Origin: an uncultured Actinomycetota bacterium
GTDB lineage: Bacteria > Actinomycetota > Actinomycetes > JAHEKZ01
Reading direction: 5' to 3'
NCBI GenBank assembly: GCA_963829525.1
Contig: CAWHIJ010000003.1
Location: forward strand, 384,001 to 448,000
DNA: 64,000 nt
Shown here: positions 40,192 to 49,480 of the stretch, piece after piece
Layout: each line of letters opens with the position of its first letter
Numbering within the stretch: position 1 is the stretch's first letter
The notes under the pieces: generated by a model
The model's input: only the letters and a program-made list of their open reading frames with translations
The model's database searches: none
Told to the model about the DNA's origin: nothing
Made by a program: the position numbers and the translations under genes

Positions 40192-41499
40192 ATGACTGTC
40201 CTGACCATCATCGGAGCTGGTAGCACGGTGTTCGCTGCTGAGCTGATGACCGACTTCCTGACTGCCCCGGGACTGGACGCTGGCGAGTTCCGGCTCGTCG
40301 ACCTGGACGCCGAGCGGCTGGCGCTTGCCCATGAGTTCGCCGACTACCTGATCGAACGGTCCGGCCGCGAGTGGACCGTTCGGTCCTCGGTGGACCGCAC
40401 CGAGCTGCTCCCCGGGTCGACGGTCGTGATCAGCACCATCGAGGTAGCGGGGCTGGCTACGGTGGACTTCGACTACGACATCCCCATGAAGTACGGCGTC
40501 GACCAGTGCATCGGCGACACGATCGGTCCTGGGGGTCTGTTCAAGTCGTTGCGTACCATCCCCTCGATCCTGGAGATCGTTGCCGATGTCGAGCGGCTCT
40601 GTCCCGATGCGCTGGTGCTGAACCACACGAACCCGATGTCGATGACGATTCTGGCCGCGTCCCGAGCGGCGAGCATTCCCGTATGGGGAATGTGCCACTC
40701 GGTTCACTACACCGTCGAGAACCTCGCCGACTACCTCGCGATCGACAAGCGCGAGATCGAGTTTCGCGCCGCGGGCGTCAACCATTTGGCTTGGCTGACG
40801 CAGCTGACCCGCAAGGGCGAAGACCTCTATCCCATGTTGCGCGAACGTGGCCGGATTCCGGAGGTGCTGGATCAGGACCCTGTCAGGTTCGAGCTGATGT
40901 ACCAGTTCGGCGCTTTCCCCACCGAGAGCAGTGGGCATGTCTCGGAGTACCTGCCCTACTTCCGCACCCATCCAGACGTCGTCAAGCGATGGATCGGTAA
41001 GGAGTACATCGGCGAGTCCGGCTTCTACGCGCACAACTGGCCGACCTGGCGTCGTGAGAACGATGAGATGCTGCGCGCCGTGCTCGCCGGCACTCGCGAG
41101 TTCCCGATGGAACGAGGGGGGGAGTACCCTTCGCAGATCGTCGAGGCAATGGTGTCGGGCAAGCCCACAACGGTGTATGTCACTACCCCGAACAACGGTT
41201 GGGTCGACAACCTGCACCAGGGCAACGCCATCGAGGTGGCAGCGACTGTCGATGCCTCGGGAATCCATCCGGAGCACTTCGGATCGTTGCCAGAGCATAT
41301 GGCGTCATGGGTACGGCGTCACCAAGAGTTCAACGATCTCGCCGTCACTTCGATCCTGGACGAAGATCGTGAGGCAGCCGTTCATGCGCTGATGATCGAC
41401 CCGTTGACATCCGCGGTCTGCGAGCTTCAGCAGATTCGCGATATGTTCGAGGAAATGGTGGACGCGCAACGCGAGCACCTGCCCAGCTATCTGCACTGA
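40192..41499 (+). CDS. melA: GH4 family NAD+/Mn-dependent alpha-galactosidase (MelA-like)
   Basis: IGAGS, KYGVDQCIGDTIGPGG, NHTNPM, GMCHSV, GVNH, TESSGHVSEY. Confidence 0.85.
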   Translation: MTVLTIIGAGSTVFAAELMTDFLTAPGLDAGEFRLVDLDAERLALAHEFADYLIERSGREWTVRSSVDRTELLPGSTVVISTIEVAGLATVDFDYDIPMKYGVDQCIGDTIGPGGLFKSLRTIPSILEIVADVERLCPDALVLNHTNPMSMTILAASRAASIPVWGMCHSVHYTVENLADYLAIDKREIEFRAAGVNHLAWLTQLTRKGEDLYPMLRERGRIPEVLDQDPVRFELMYQFGAFPTESSGHVSEYLPYFRTHPDVVKRWIGKEYIGESGFYAHNWPTWRRENDEMLRAVLAGTREFPMERGGEYPSQIVEAMVSGKPTTVYVTTPNNGWVDNLHQGNAIEVAATVDASGIHPEHFGSLPEHMASWVRRHQEFNDLAVTSILDEDREAAVHALMIDPLTSAVCELQQIRDMFEEMVDAQREHLPSYLH

Positions 41500-41510
41500 C
41501 GAGGTGTGTC

Positions 41511-42470
41511 GTGTCTCAGCTGGACCTGTTGGTCGTCGGTGACATCAACCCCGACGTCATCGTCGCGTCTCCTGGCCTGACACCTCAATTCGGTCAGGTG
41601 GAGCAGCTCGTCGACAGCGCTTCGCTGGTGATGGGAGGTTCGGCGGCGATCACTGCGGTCGGCGCTGCCCGTCTCGGTCTTCGGGTAGGGCTGTGTGGGG
41701 TGGTCGGAGATGACGACCTCGGTCAGCTGATGCTGGTGCGGCTCGCCGAGGCGGGGGTGGATCTGCAGCACCTGCGGGTGGATGCATCCACGCCGACCGG
41801 CATGTCGGTGATACTCAACCGAGGGGACGACCGCGCGGTGCTGACTGCCACCGGAACGATCTCCGGCCTCTCACCTGAAGACCTGTCCGCACTGCCCGAT
41901 CGCGCAGCACGGCACGTGCATGCGGCCTCGTACTACCTGATGTCGCAGGCGTACCGCGAAGCCCTTCCGGTAGCCTTCGCCCGGTTTCGAGCAGCTGGTA
42001 CATCAACGTCGGTTGACACCAACTGGGACCCGCGCGAGAGGTGGGACCTCGCGGAGCTTCTCGCCGAGAGTGACCTCTTCCTTCCCAATGAGACGGAGCT
42101 CACGGCCATCGCCCGGTCCCCCATTCTGGAGCGCGCCGTTGAGCTGGTCAGCGAGAACGGCTGCGAAGTGGTGGTGAAGCGCGGTGAGCGAGGAGGTGCG
42201 GCAACACTCGGAGGCAGTAACTATCGGGTACTGCGCACTCCTCCCGTGGAATACGTAGATGCGGTCGGTGCGGGAGACACGTTCAACGCCGGGTTCCTGG
42301 CCGGACGACTGCAGGGACGCGATGCCGGGACCTGTCTTGCCATGGCTGTCATCGCCGGGACGCTTTCCACCGGCGGTACTGGAGGTACAGCTGCTCAGCC
42401 GTCGCTTGACGATGTCGACATCTGGTTGGCATCAGTACCGGTGGAAGAACTCGGCGGTGGGCGAGCGTGA
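41511..42470 (+). CDS. PfkB family carbohydrate kinase
   Basis: GGSAAITA, PNETE, KRGERG, DAVGAGDTFNAG. Confidence 0.9.
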   Translation: MSQLDLLVVGDINPDVIVASPGLTPQFGQVEQLVDSASLVMGGSAAITAVGAARLGLRVGLCGVVGDDDLGQLMLVRLAEAGVDLQHLRVDASTPTGMSVILNRGDDRAVLTATGTISGLSPEDLSALPDRAARHVHAASYYLMSQAYREALPVAFARFRAAGTSTSVDTNWDPRERWDLAELLAESDLFLPNETELTAIARSPILERAVELVSENGCEVVVKRGERGGAATLGGSNYRVLRTPPVEYVDAVGAGDTFNAGFLAGRLQGRDAGTCLAMAVIAGTLSTGGTGGTAAQPSLDDVDIWLASVPVEELGGGRA

Positions 42471-43750
42471 GCGAACACCCACTCGACACGCTGGCTGCGG
42501 CCCATCGTGCGGGTCGCCCTGATGGCATCGCGTCGATCTGCTCAGCCCACCCTTTGGTGCTGGACGAGACGATTCGACACGGGGTCGAGGGTGAGCACGT
42601 GGTGCTCATCGAGGCCACCTGCAACCAGGTGAATCAGGATGGCGGATACACCGGCTTGAACCCAGCTGCGTTTCGCGATCAGGTCACCGCGCTGGCTGAG
42701 CGTTACGGCCTTCCCCCAGCGCGACTCGTGCTTGGTGGCGACCACCTCGGACCGAACCCCTGGAAGCATCTGCCGGCCGAGACAGCGATGGCCAAGTCCG
42801 AGGAGCTGGTGCACGCCTTCGTGTCAGCGGGGTACTCCAAGATCCACCTCGACACCTCGATTCGCTGCGCGGACGACCCTCCCGGTGCTCTGGCGCCGGC
42901 GCTCGTCGCAGAACGGGCGGCGCGCCTTGGTCGCGTGAGTGAACGTGCCGCGGCTGACATCGGTGCAGCGCCCCGTTACGTCATCGGCACCGAGGTCCCG
43001 GTACCCGGTGGTGAATCGGCGGGCGAGCACGGCATCCACGTGAGCGCAGTCGACGATGTCGCCGAGACGATCGAGGTCACCGAGCTGGCCTTCGCAGCAG
43101 CAGGAATAACCGATGCCTGGCAACGAGTGCGCGGTGTGGTGGCGCAACCCGGCGTGGAGTTCAGCGACGCCGAGCTCTACGCGTACGTGCCAGGCCAGGC
43201 CGCGCACCTCGAGCGGTGCCTGCCGCCGGATGGGTCGATGGTCTTCGAGGCGCACAGCACCGACTATCAGACGCGCGCAGCTCTGCGTGCATTGGTGGAG
43301 GACCATTTCGCGATCCTGAAGGTGGGACCTGGACTGACATTCGCCTATCGCGAGGCGCTGTTCGCGCTGACCTTCATCGAGGACGAGCTACTGGGTGACG
43401 CCGCATCCGGGGTCCGCGACGTGCTGGACCGCGCAATGCGTGCGGCCCCGAGGGATTGGCAACCGTTCTACTCCGACGATCCCGAAAAAGCGGCTTACGC
43501 CCGCAGTTACTCGCGAAGCGATCGGTCGCGCTACTACTGGCCGGTGGTGTCGGTACAGGACGCCGTCGGGGAGATGTTGGCCAACCTCGAGGGCACCGGG
43601 CTCCCCGACGAGCTGGTGAGCCAGTACCTCCCGTGCATCACCGCACCTGAGGTTCCGGGCAGTGCGGTCGGCGGGGCGGAACTCACCGCCGACGTCGTCC
43701 TGCGGGCAGCCATCCGAAGGGTGCTCGACTCCTACGCTGCGGCCACCTGA
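42467..43750 (+). CDS. gatZ: GatZ/KbaZ family protein (probable tagatose-6-phosphate 4-epimerase)
   Basis: ICSAHP, EATCNQVNQDGGYTG, GGDHLGP, IHLDTS, YVIGTEVPVPGG, EAHSTDYQ, KVGP, SDRSRYYW. Confidence 0.9.
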   Translation: MSEHPLDTLAAAHRAGRPDGIASICSAHPLVLDETIRHGVEGEHVVLIEATCNQVNQDGGYTGLNPAAFRDQVTALAERYGLPPARLVLGGDHLGPNPWKHLPAETAMAKSEELVHAFVSAGYSKIHLDTSIRCADDPPGALAPALVAERAARLGRVSERAAADIGAAPRYVIGTEVPVPGGESAGEHGIHVSAVDDVAETIEVTELAFAAAGITDAWQRVRGVVAQPGVEFSDAELYAYVPGQAAHLERCLPPDGSMVFEAHSTDYQTRAALRALVEDHFAILKVGPGLTFAYREALFALTFIEDELLGDAASGVRDVLDRAMRAAPRDWQPFYSDDPEKAAYARSYSRSDRSRYYWPVVSVQDAVGEMLANLEGTGLPDELVSQYLPCITAPEVPGSAVGGAELTADVVLRAAIRRVLDSYAAAT

Positions 43751-43755
43751 CATCC

Positions 43756-43781
43756 GGCCACCCTTTACCTCCAGGGTGGCC
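43756..43781 (+). terminator. Hairpin after sugar operon
   Basis: GGCCACCCT-N8-AGGGTGGCC. Confidence 0.5.
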
Positions 43782-43854
43782 ACCCCGATACCGGGCCAGA
43801 GCACCACGAGGTCTGCCTCACTGTCACCTTTGCGACCGCAGACGAGGCGGATAA

Positions 43855-44157
43855 CTAGTCGGCGGCCGGCCCCAGGCCGTTGAGGTAGTCGTTGATCCGC
43901 TCAGGAGTCCACTCGGCCTCGAGCTGCTCGGCCACGACACTGGCGAGATGGGTGGGGTCGCCGTCGGCTGTCGCCCAGTCTGACCGCGTCCAGCCTGCAA
44001 GGTACTCGTCGCCGCCGACCTCGCCAAGACGCATGGCGGCCTCATCGATCGCCTCTTGGAAGCGCGCTGCCAGCTGGATCTTGGCGACTTCGTCGCCATC
44101 GCGTGCGATAACCATGGAAGGGATGTCACGCCACGAGGTGATCTGGTGTTCGGCCAT
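43855..44157 (-). CDS. 'Virulence factor' family small protein (CvfA-like)
   Basis: WRDIPSMV..RFQEAIDEAAM..YLAGW motif. Confidence 0.8.
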   Translation of the reverse strand: MAEHQITSWRDIPSMVIARDGDEVAKIQLAARFQEAIDEAAMRLGEVGGDEYLAGWTRSDWATADGDPTHLASVVAEQLEAEWTPERINDYLNGLGPAAD

Positions 44158-44244
44158 GATCGCGAGCCTAATGGCTCGTCCCCCGTCGGGCAGGATGTAG
44201 GGAAACGCCGATACCATCTGAGGCAGTCAACGAAGGGATTTCAC

Positions 44245-44745
44245 ATGAGCAATGCAGATGCCACGTTCCTCTACCTCGGGGTCTACGCCAACGAGCCCGC
44301 AGCCCAGGCCGACTACGACGTAGTGAAGGCGTTACACATGGTCGACGCTGTCGGCAGTTTCGACGCCGCTGTCGTTACCAAGGACGCAGACGGCAAGGTG
44401 CACGTGGCCAAGGACGAGACCGCCACCCGCACAGGCGGATGGGCAGGTGCCGGGGTTGGAGCGCTCGTCGGGATTCTGTTCCCGCCAGCGATCATCGGTG
44501 CGGCTGTCGTTGGTGGTGCCGTCGGCGGTATCGGTGGACACCTCTGGAAAGGCATGTCGCGCAGCGACGTCAAGGAACTCGGCGAGCTCATCGACTCCGG
44601 TGAGGCAGCACTCGTGGTGATCGGCGACCTGACCGTCTCCGAGGCCATTGAGAAAGCCGAGCTGCACGCACTCAAAGAGACCAAGCGTGAGGTGGATGCC
44701 TCGTTCAAGGACATCGAGAAAGAGATCAAGGCGCAGAACGCCTGA
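44245..44745 (+). CDS. DUF1269-like protein with glycine zipper
   Basis: DAAVVTKDADGKVHV, GAGVGALVGILFPP..GGAVGG, LGELIDSGEAALVV. Confidence 0.8.
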   Translation: MSNADATFLYLGVYANEPAAQADYDVVKALHMVDAVGSFDAAVVTKDADGKVHVAKDETATRTGGWAGAGVGALVGILFPPAIIGAAVVGGAVGGIGGHLWKGMSRSDVKELGELIDSGEAALVVIGDLTVSEAIEKAELHALKETKREVDASFKDIEKEIKAQNA

Positions 44746-44775
44746 TCCGAACTCGTAACTGCCGCTGGACAGGGA

Positions 44776-44952
44776 TCAGAAGACCACGATCAGCAGTAGG
44801 AAGATCGCGATCAGGGCAAGGGCGATGTCGATGACGAGGCCCGTCCGATGTGCCCTTCGCGTATGCACCCGCTGTGGCGTATTCGGTGCGCGTTGAACCG
44901 TTTTGGTCTCAGCCGGCGGCTGAGGAACTTGCATGGGCGTGTAGATCGCCAT
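44776..44952 (-). CDS. Small C-terminally anchored membrane protein
   Basis: MAIYTPMQV...GLVIDIALALIAIFLLLIVVF, RBS AGGGGG. Confidence 0.55.
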   Translation of the reverse strand: MAIYTPMQVPQPPAETKTVQRAPNTPQRVHTRRAHRTGLVIDIALALIAIFLLLIVVF

Positions 44953-45102
44953 GAGACACCCCCCTAGACGGTGGAGAGGACACCCGCACCTTGCAGTCTT
45001 GCTGTTGCCCGGCACGCGGGACAGAGGCCAAGGTCACCTTCCACGGGCAGCTGACCCGCGGACACGGTCAAGTGGGACCCCGGGGTGGTCGATCTTGACG
45101 TT

Positions 45103-45465
45103 ATGGCTGAGCCAACGACCGGTGAGTTCGACTTCTTTGCCCCGAAGCCGCTTGGGGGGGCGCAGTCGATGGAGCCTGCTCAGCCCATGACGCCGAGCCG
45201 GATGGGCTTCTCCCCGCCCAGGGACCTGACTCCCGCCCTGCCTCTCGGTAAGGCCTCGCGTTGGGCCAAGAGCGATACGACGTTTGGCCCGGTGGGACGA
45301 GTCGTAGCCTCGATCGGCCTCCTCATCCCGTTCCTGTTCCTCGTTGCGGCAGGGGTCTTCACGTTTGACCCGTTCGTGCTCGGTGGCGCAGGGCTCTGGG
45401 CGGTGCTGATGGTCATGGGCTTACGCCAGGTGTGGCAGCTGGTTGAGCACCACCACCGCCGCTGA
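45103..45465 (+). CDS. Hypothetical membrane protein
   Basis: SRWAKSDTTFGPVGR followed by two TM segments. Confidence 0.65.
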   Translation: MAEPTTGEFDFFAPKPLGGAQSMEPAQPMTPSRMGFSPPRDLTPALPLGKASRWAKSDTTFGPVGRVVASIGLLIPFLFLVAAGVFTFDPFVLGGAGLWAVLMVMGLRQVWQLVEHHHRR

Positions 45466-45526
45466 CGCAGTTCGCTACGTCGCGGGTGATGCTCGATGCT
45501 GGACCCGCGCGCTGCTCAACGGCACG

Positions 45527-46156
45527 TCACCGTACGCCAGGGGGACGGAACTGCACCGAGATGCGTGGCCCGCAGGGCTTTGTCGTCTTGGGCACCGCAT
45601 GTTCCCAGGCCCGTTGGCAGGCGCCGCCCATCACGAGCAGGTCGCCGTGTCCCAGTACGAAGCGGCGAGACTCAGCGCCTCCTCCGCGAGGACGAAGCAG
45701 CAGCGCTCGCGGAGTACCCAGGGAGATGATCGCCACCAGCGTGTCATCGGTGCGACCGCGTCCAATCGTGTCGCCGTGCCAGGCGACACTGTCGTTGCCG
45801 TCGCGGTAGAGACAGAGACCGGCGGTGGCGAATCCTTCCGACAGTTGGTTGCGGTAGTGGGCCGATAGGCGAATCCGCGCCTGCGCAAGGACGTCGTGCG
45901 GCAGCGCCGTCGTCGCGTCGTACCAGCACACCAGGCGGGGGACGTCGACGACGCGGTCGTACATCTGACGCCGCTCGGCACGCCAGGGTGCGTCATCGGC
46001 GAGCGTGTCGAAGAGGGCGTCCGACCCCTGCACCCAACCGAGCTGGTGCTCTACCCAAGAGCGGTCATCGAGCTGGGTACGGGTGAGCCCCGCACCCAGA
46101 CGTCCCAGGGCAGGAGCGGAGGCGGTGTCGAAGAGCGAACTCTGCAGCGCGGCCAC
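45527..46156 (-). CDS. AlkB-family 2OG-Fe(II) dioxygenase (ALKBH2/3-like)
   Basis: VPRL, LYRDGNDSVAWHGD (HxD), ISLG, HAVPK, RISVQFR. Confidence 0.9.
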   Translation of the reverse strand: MAALQSSLFDTASAPALGRLGAGLTRTQLDDRSWVEHQLGWVQGSDALFDTLADDAPWRAERRQMYDRVVDVPRLVCWYDATTALPHDVLAQARIRLSAHYRNQLSEGFATAGLCLYRDGNDSVAWHGDTIGRGRTDDTLVAIISLGTPRALLLRPRGGGAESRRFVLGHGDLLVMGGACQRAWEHAVPKTTKPCGPRISVQFRPPGVR

Positions 46157-46176
46157 GGGACCAAGGTAGCAAAGGA

Positions 46177-46192
46177 TCGAACAGTTGTTCGA
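46177..46192. promoter_or_regulatory. LexA (SOS) box
   Basis: TCGAAC-AGTT-GTTCGA is a perfect actinobacterial consensus, just upstream of the minus-strand TACCTT -10 of alkB. Confidence 0.9.
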
Positions 46193-46346
46193 TCTTAGGT
46201 GATCCTCCGGCGAACGTCGTTCCGGATGCGCTCCAAGCCGGCGCTGGCGCGAGCGGGGACGTTCGACACTTCTGGCACACCTCTAGGTCGCGCAAGACTT
46301 GGGGTGCAGGTCATGGATGGATGCTGTCGCAATGAGGAGGTGCGCC

Positions 46347-47051
46347 ATGACCAATACGATCTCGAGCCGAAGAGCCTCGGGCTTCGCCGCGCTCTACCTT
46401 GCAGCGGCCCTGGTGGCCGCGATGCTCTACTTCCTCGTCGGCACCAACATGCCGTCGGTGACCGACCCAGGCGAGCAGGTTCAGTTGCTCGTCGACCACC
46501 AACTCGGCCTGCATCTGATGTACCTCATCGCTTATGTGGCGTTCGGCCTCGTGCTGACCGTGCTGGCGCTGGGATTGCACGAGCGCCTGGCCGGCATCGC
46601 ACCGGCTACCTCGCGGGCCGCCTCGGTGGTCGGCCTGATCTGGGCCGGCGTGCTGGTGGCCAGCGGGATGGTCTTCATCGTCGGTATGAACTCAGTGGTC
46701 GATCTGAACACCACCGATCCGGCAGCCGCTGTCGTGGCGTGGCAGGCGATCTATCCCGTCACGCTTGGGCTCGGCGGAGCAGGCGGTGAGGTGCTGGGCG
46801 GTACGTGGTTGCTGCTGGTGAACCTGGTGGCGCTGCGCGGCCACGCACTGCCGACCTGGCTGAGCTGGTCCGGGCTCATCGCTGGCGCCGCAGGGATCAT
46901 CTCGGCGGTTCCAGGTTTGGCTGCCATCGCGGTGGTGTTCGGGCTGCTGGTCATCGTCTGGCTGGCCGGGCTCGGCGTCACCCTGCTGCGTGAGCGCTCC
47001 CCCGCCGTCGAGGACGCGCCGACCGCACATCTCGTCGACGCTGCCCGCTGA
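46347..47051 (+). CDS. DUF4386-like multi-TM membrane protein
   Basis: GAGGAGG RBS, ~6 TM, GGAGGEVLGGTW. Confidence 0.75.
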   Translation: MTNTISSRRASGFAALYLAAALVAAMLYFLVGTNMPSVTDPGEQVQLLVDHQLGLHLMYLIAYVAFGLVLTVLALGLHERLAGIAPATSRAASVVGLIWAGVLVASGMVFIVGMNSVVDLNTTDPAAAVVAWQAIYPVTLGLGGAGGEVLGGTWLLLVNLVALRGHALPTWLSWSGLIAGAAGIISAVPGLAAIAVVFGLLVIVWLAGLGVTLLRERSPAVEDAPTAHLVDAAR

Positions 47052-47079
47052 CCTTCCCCGTCGAAAAGGGGTGCATGGC

Positions 47080-47859
47080 ATGGACGCCACACGTCAGGTT
47101 CTGGTGCTGGGTGCCACCGGACGGACCGGTAGCCGCGTCGTCACGCAGCTGCTGGACCGCGGAGTCGCCGTACGCGCGATCGTGCGCTCTGCTGATCGAC
47201 TGCTGGCAGAAGTTGCCGGTCACCAGTTGCTCGAGGTGGTCGAAGCCGACCTGCTAACAATGCCGGCAGCTGACCTCGTCGATCACCTCGACGGCTGCGA
47301 TGCCGTGATCTCGTGCCTGGGCCACACCATCAGCGTCCGTGGTGTCCTCGGACCGCCGCACGACTTGGTCCGACACGCGCTCAGTCAGGTGCGCGCAGCG
47401 CTGGAGGCAAGCCCGCCGCCAGCGCCGGTGCGGTTGATCCTGATGGGCAGCGTCTCGGTCAACCAACCGAAGCATGCGGACTCCCGGCGGGGAGCCGGTC
47501 AGCGTGCCTTCCTGTCGGTACTGCGGCTCGTGCTTCCCCCGTCCCGCGACAACCAGCGGGCGGCGGACTTCCTCGTGAACGAGGTCGGCCCCGCCGATCC
47601 GCACCTGCAATGGGTTGTGGTGCGTCCCGACACCCTGAAGGAGGGTGACGTCGGCGAGTACGTCGTCCACGAAGCGATCGTCAGCAGCCTGTTCCGCCCC
47701 GATCACACCCGGATGGCCCACGTAGCCCACTTCATGTGTGAGCTGGTCACCGACGACACGGCGTGGGAGCGCTGGCGCGGTCGGATGCCGGTGGTTGTGG
47801 ACGCCGGGCCGGCAGCGGAGAAGGCGTCGCAGTTGAGAGGAAAGGAGCGTGCGTCATGA
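47080..47859 (+). CDS. NAD(P)H-binding oxidoreductase (BVR-B/NmrA-like)
   Basis: VLGATGRTG, CDAVISCLG, WVVVRP. Confidence 0.85.
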   Translation: MDATRQVLVLGATGRTGSRVVTQLLDRGVAVRAIVRSADRLLAEVAGHQLLEVVEADLLTMPAADLVDHLDGCDAVISCLGHTISVRGVLGPPHDLVRHALSQVRAALEASPPPAPVRLILMGSVSVNQPKHADSRRGAGQRAFLSVLRLVLPPSRDNQRAADFLVNEVGPADPHLQWVVVRPDTLKEGDVGEYVVHEAIVSSLFRPDHTRMAHVAHFMCELVTDDTAWERWRGRMPVVVDAGPAAEKASQLRGKERAS

Positions 47860-48599
47860 CCGAACAGATGACGACGATGACTGATCGGCTGAGCGTGAAG
47901 ATCTCGCCGGTGGTCGACGACTCCAGGCACCGAGAGCACCGAGGGGCGGCCATCGCGGCTGGCGTGCTTTACATCGTGGGAACCATCGCCGGCGTGCTGA
48001 GCGTGGTGGTTCTGTCGACGGTCAGCGACGCCGCTGACCCAGTTGCATCGGCGTCCACGAATCAGTCAGCCGTGGTGACCGGTGCGCTGCTGATCCTGGT
48101 GATGGGTCTGTCGCTGGCTCTCATCCCCGTCGTGCTGATGCCCGTGCTTCGTCCGGTGAGCGAGTTCCTTGCCTACGGCTACCTCGTCATCCGCGGCGCC
48201 GTCGAGACGGCCTGCTACGTCGTGCTTGCTGCCGGTGTCCTGTCACTGGTCACCCTTGGCGGACTCGGGGGTTCCGATGAGACGTGGCGTGAGTTAGGAC
48301 GCGTCCTGCTCGACTCTGAAGCGACCAATACTGTGCTCGCCCTGGTGTTTTGCCTGGGCGCTGCGCTGTTCTACATCGCGCTCTTCCGTTCGGGGATCGC
48401 ACCCAGGTGGATCTCCGGGTGGGGGTTGGTGGCGATCGTGCTGTACGTCATTGGCTCCCTGCTGGCTGCATACGGTGCCATCGAGGTGAACTCGGCTGCG
48501 CAGGCACCGTTGATTCTGCCGCTGGCGGTGCAGGAGATGGTGCTGGCGATCTGGATGATCGCGCGTGGCTTCCGTCCGATCCGGCAGGCCGCCCACTGA
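47856..48599 (+). CDS. DUF4386-like membrane protein
   Basis: AGVLYIVGT, RGAVE, PRWISGWG, LAVQEMVLAIWMIARGF. Confidence 0.8.
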   Translation: MTEQMTTMTDRLSVKISPVVDDSRHREHRGAAIAAGVLYIVGTIAGVLSVVVLSTVSDAADPVASASTNQSAVVTGALLILVMGLSLALIPVVLMPVLRPVSEFLAYGYLVIRGAVETACYVVLAAGVLSLVTLGGLGGSDETWRELGRVLLDSEATNTVLALVFCLGAALFYIALFRSGIAPRWISGWGLVAIVLYVIGSLLAAYGAIEVNSAAQAPLILPLAVQEMVLAIWMIARGFRPIRQAAH

Positions 48600-48626
48600 G
48601 TGTCGAGTTGTGGTGGTGCTGAGGAG

Positions 48627-49322
48627 TTAGGTCCGCAGGATCGGCGGGTTGAGCACAGCGTCCTGTGCGCGGTAGAGCATCGCCGGTCGTCCTCCGCCCC
48701 GCGTGGTCGTCTCGCCGGTCTCGACCAGGAATCCCGGCGTGCCGGTGACTTTGCGGTGAAAGTTGCGCGGGTCAAGCTGCACGCCCCACACGGTCTCGTA
48801 CACCTCGCGCAGCTCGGCCACAGTGAACTCCTCGGGGCAGAAGGACGCCGCGAGTGACGAGTACTCGAGTTTGGCTCGGGCGCGTTCGAGCCCGTCGCGG
48901 ATGATCCGGGAGTGGTCGAATGCGAGTCGTCCGCCCACGAGAACGTCGTCGACCGGACGCCATGAGGCGTCGGCTGCGTCCGTGCCGGCCGTGGGGGAGG
49001 GCAGGTCGGGGGCGAGCACCAGCCACGCGACGCTGACCACTCGCATGCGTGGGTCACGTTTGGGCGCTCCGTACGTGGCGAGCTGCTCGAGGTGTACGTC
49101 GCGCAGGGTCAGCCCGGTCTCTTCGGCGAGCTCGCGGACGGCGGACTCGTGCAGGTCTTCGTCGACGAGCACGAAGCCGCCGGGCAGCGCCCAACGCCCC
49201 TTGAACGGAGTCTCGCCGCGCCTCACCAGCAGAACCTGCAACCGGCGGTCGCGGACGGTGAAGACAACGAGGTCGACCGTCACGGCGAACGGCGGGAAGG
49301 CGCTGGCGTCGTAGTCGGGCAT
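48627..49322 (-). CDS. nrtR: NrtR family NUDIX-wHTH transcriptional regulator
   Basis: VTVDLV, WALPGG..RELAEETG, RDPRMRVVS, LAFDH, LDPRNFHRK, GGRPAMLY. Confidence 0.88.
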   Translation of the reverse strand: MPDYDASAFPPFAVTVDLVVFTVRDRRLQVLLVRRGETPFKGRWALPGGFVLVDEDLHESAVRELAEETGLTLRDVHLEQLATYGAPKRDPRMRVVSVAWLVLAPDLPSPTAGTDAADASWRPVDDVLVGGRLAFDHSRIIRDGLERARAKLEYSSLAASFCPEEFTVAELREVYETVWGVQLDPRNFHRKVTGTPGFLVETGETTTRGGGRPAMLYRAQDAVLNPPILRT

Positions 49323-49339
49323 GATGTGAGCCTAACCGC

Positions 49340-49360
49340 TTATCGCCTATCTGACGAGAA
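49340..49360. promoter_or_regulatory. NrtR operator (autoregulatory)
   Basis: 21-bp TTATCGCC-TATCT-GACGAGAA resembles the NrtR TTATnGTC-N5-GACnATAA palindrome, next to a TAGGCT -10. Confidence 0.65.
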
Positions 49361-49480
49361 GCGATCCGGCATCTCGACGTGACGCGATTGGTCGACATCG
49401 CCTGGGCCCTGGACACGGGTTCACTGGAACGCTACTGTATCGAAAGTGAACGAGTTCCGGTTCAGCTGTGAGGTGAGGGC

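Noticed and set aside
44176-44193. TCGTCC-N6-GGGCAG upstream of the DUF1269-like gene as another MalT-like box
   Set aside because: Spacing and right half deviate; not distinguishable from chance in GC-rich DNA without a PWM
46211-46223. Second LexA box CGAAC-GTC-GTTCC
   Set aside because: Spacer is 3 rather than 4 bp, and the sequence belongs to the dispersed repeat fragment
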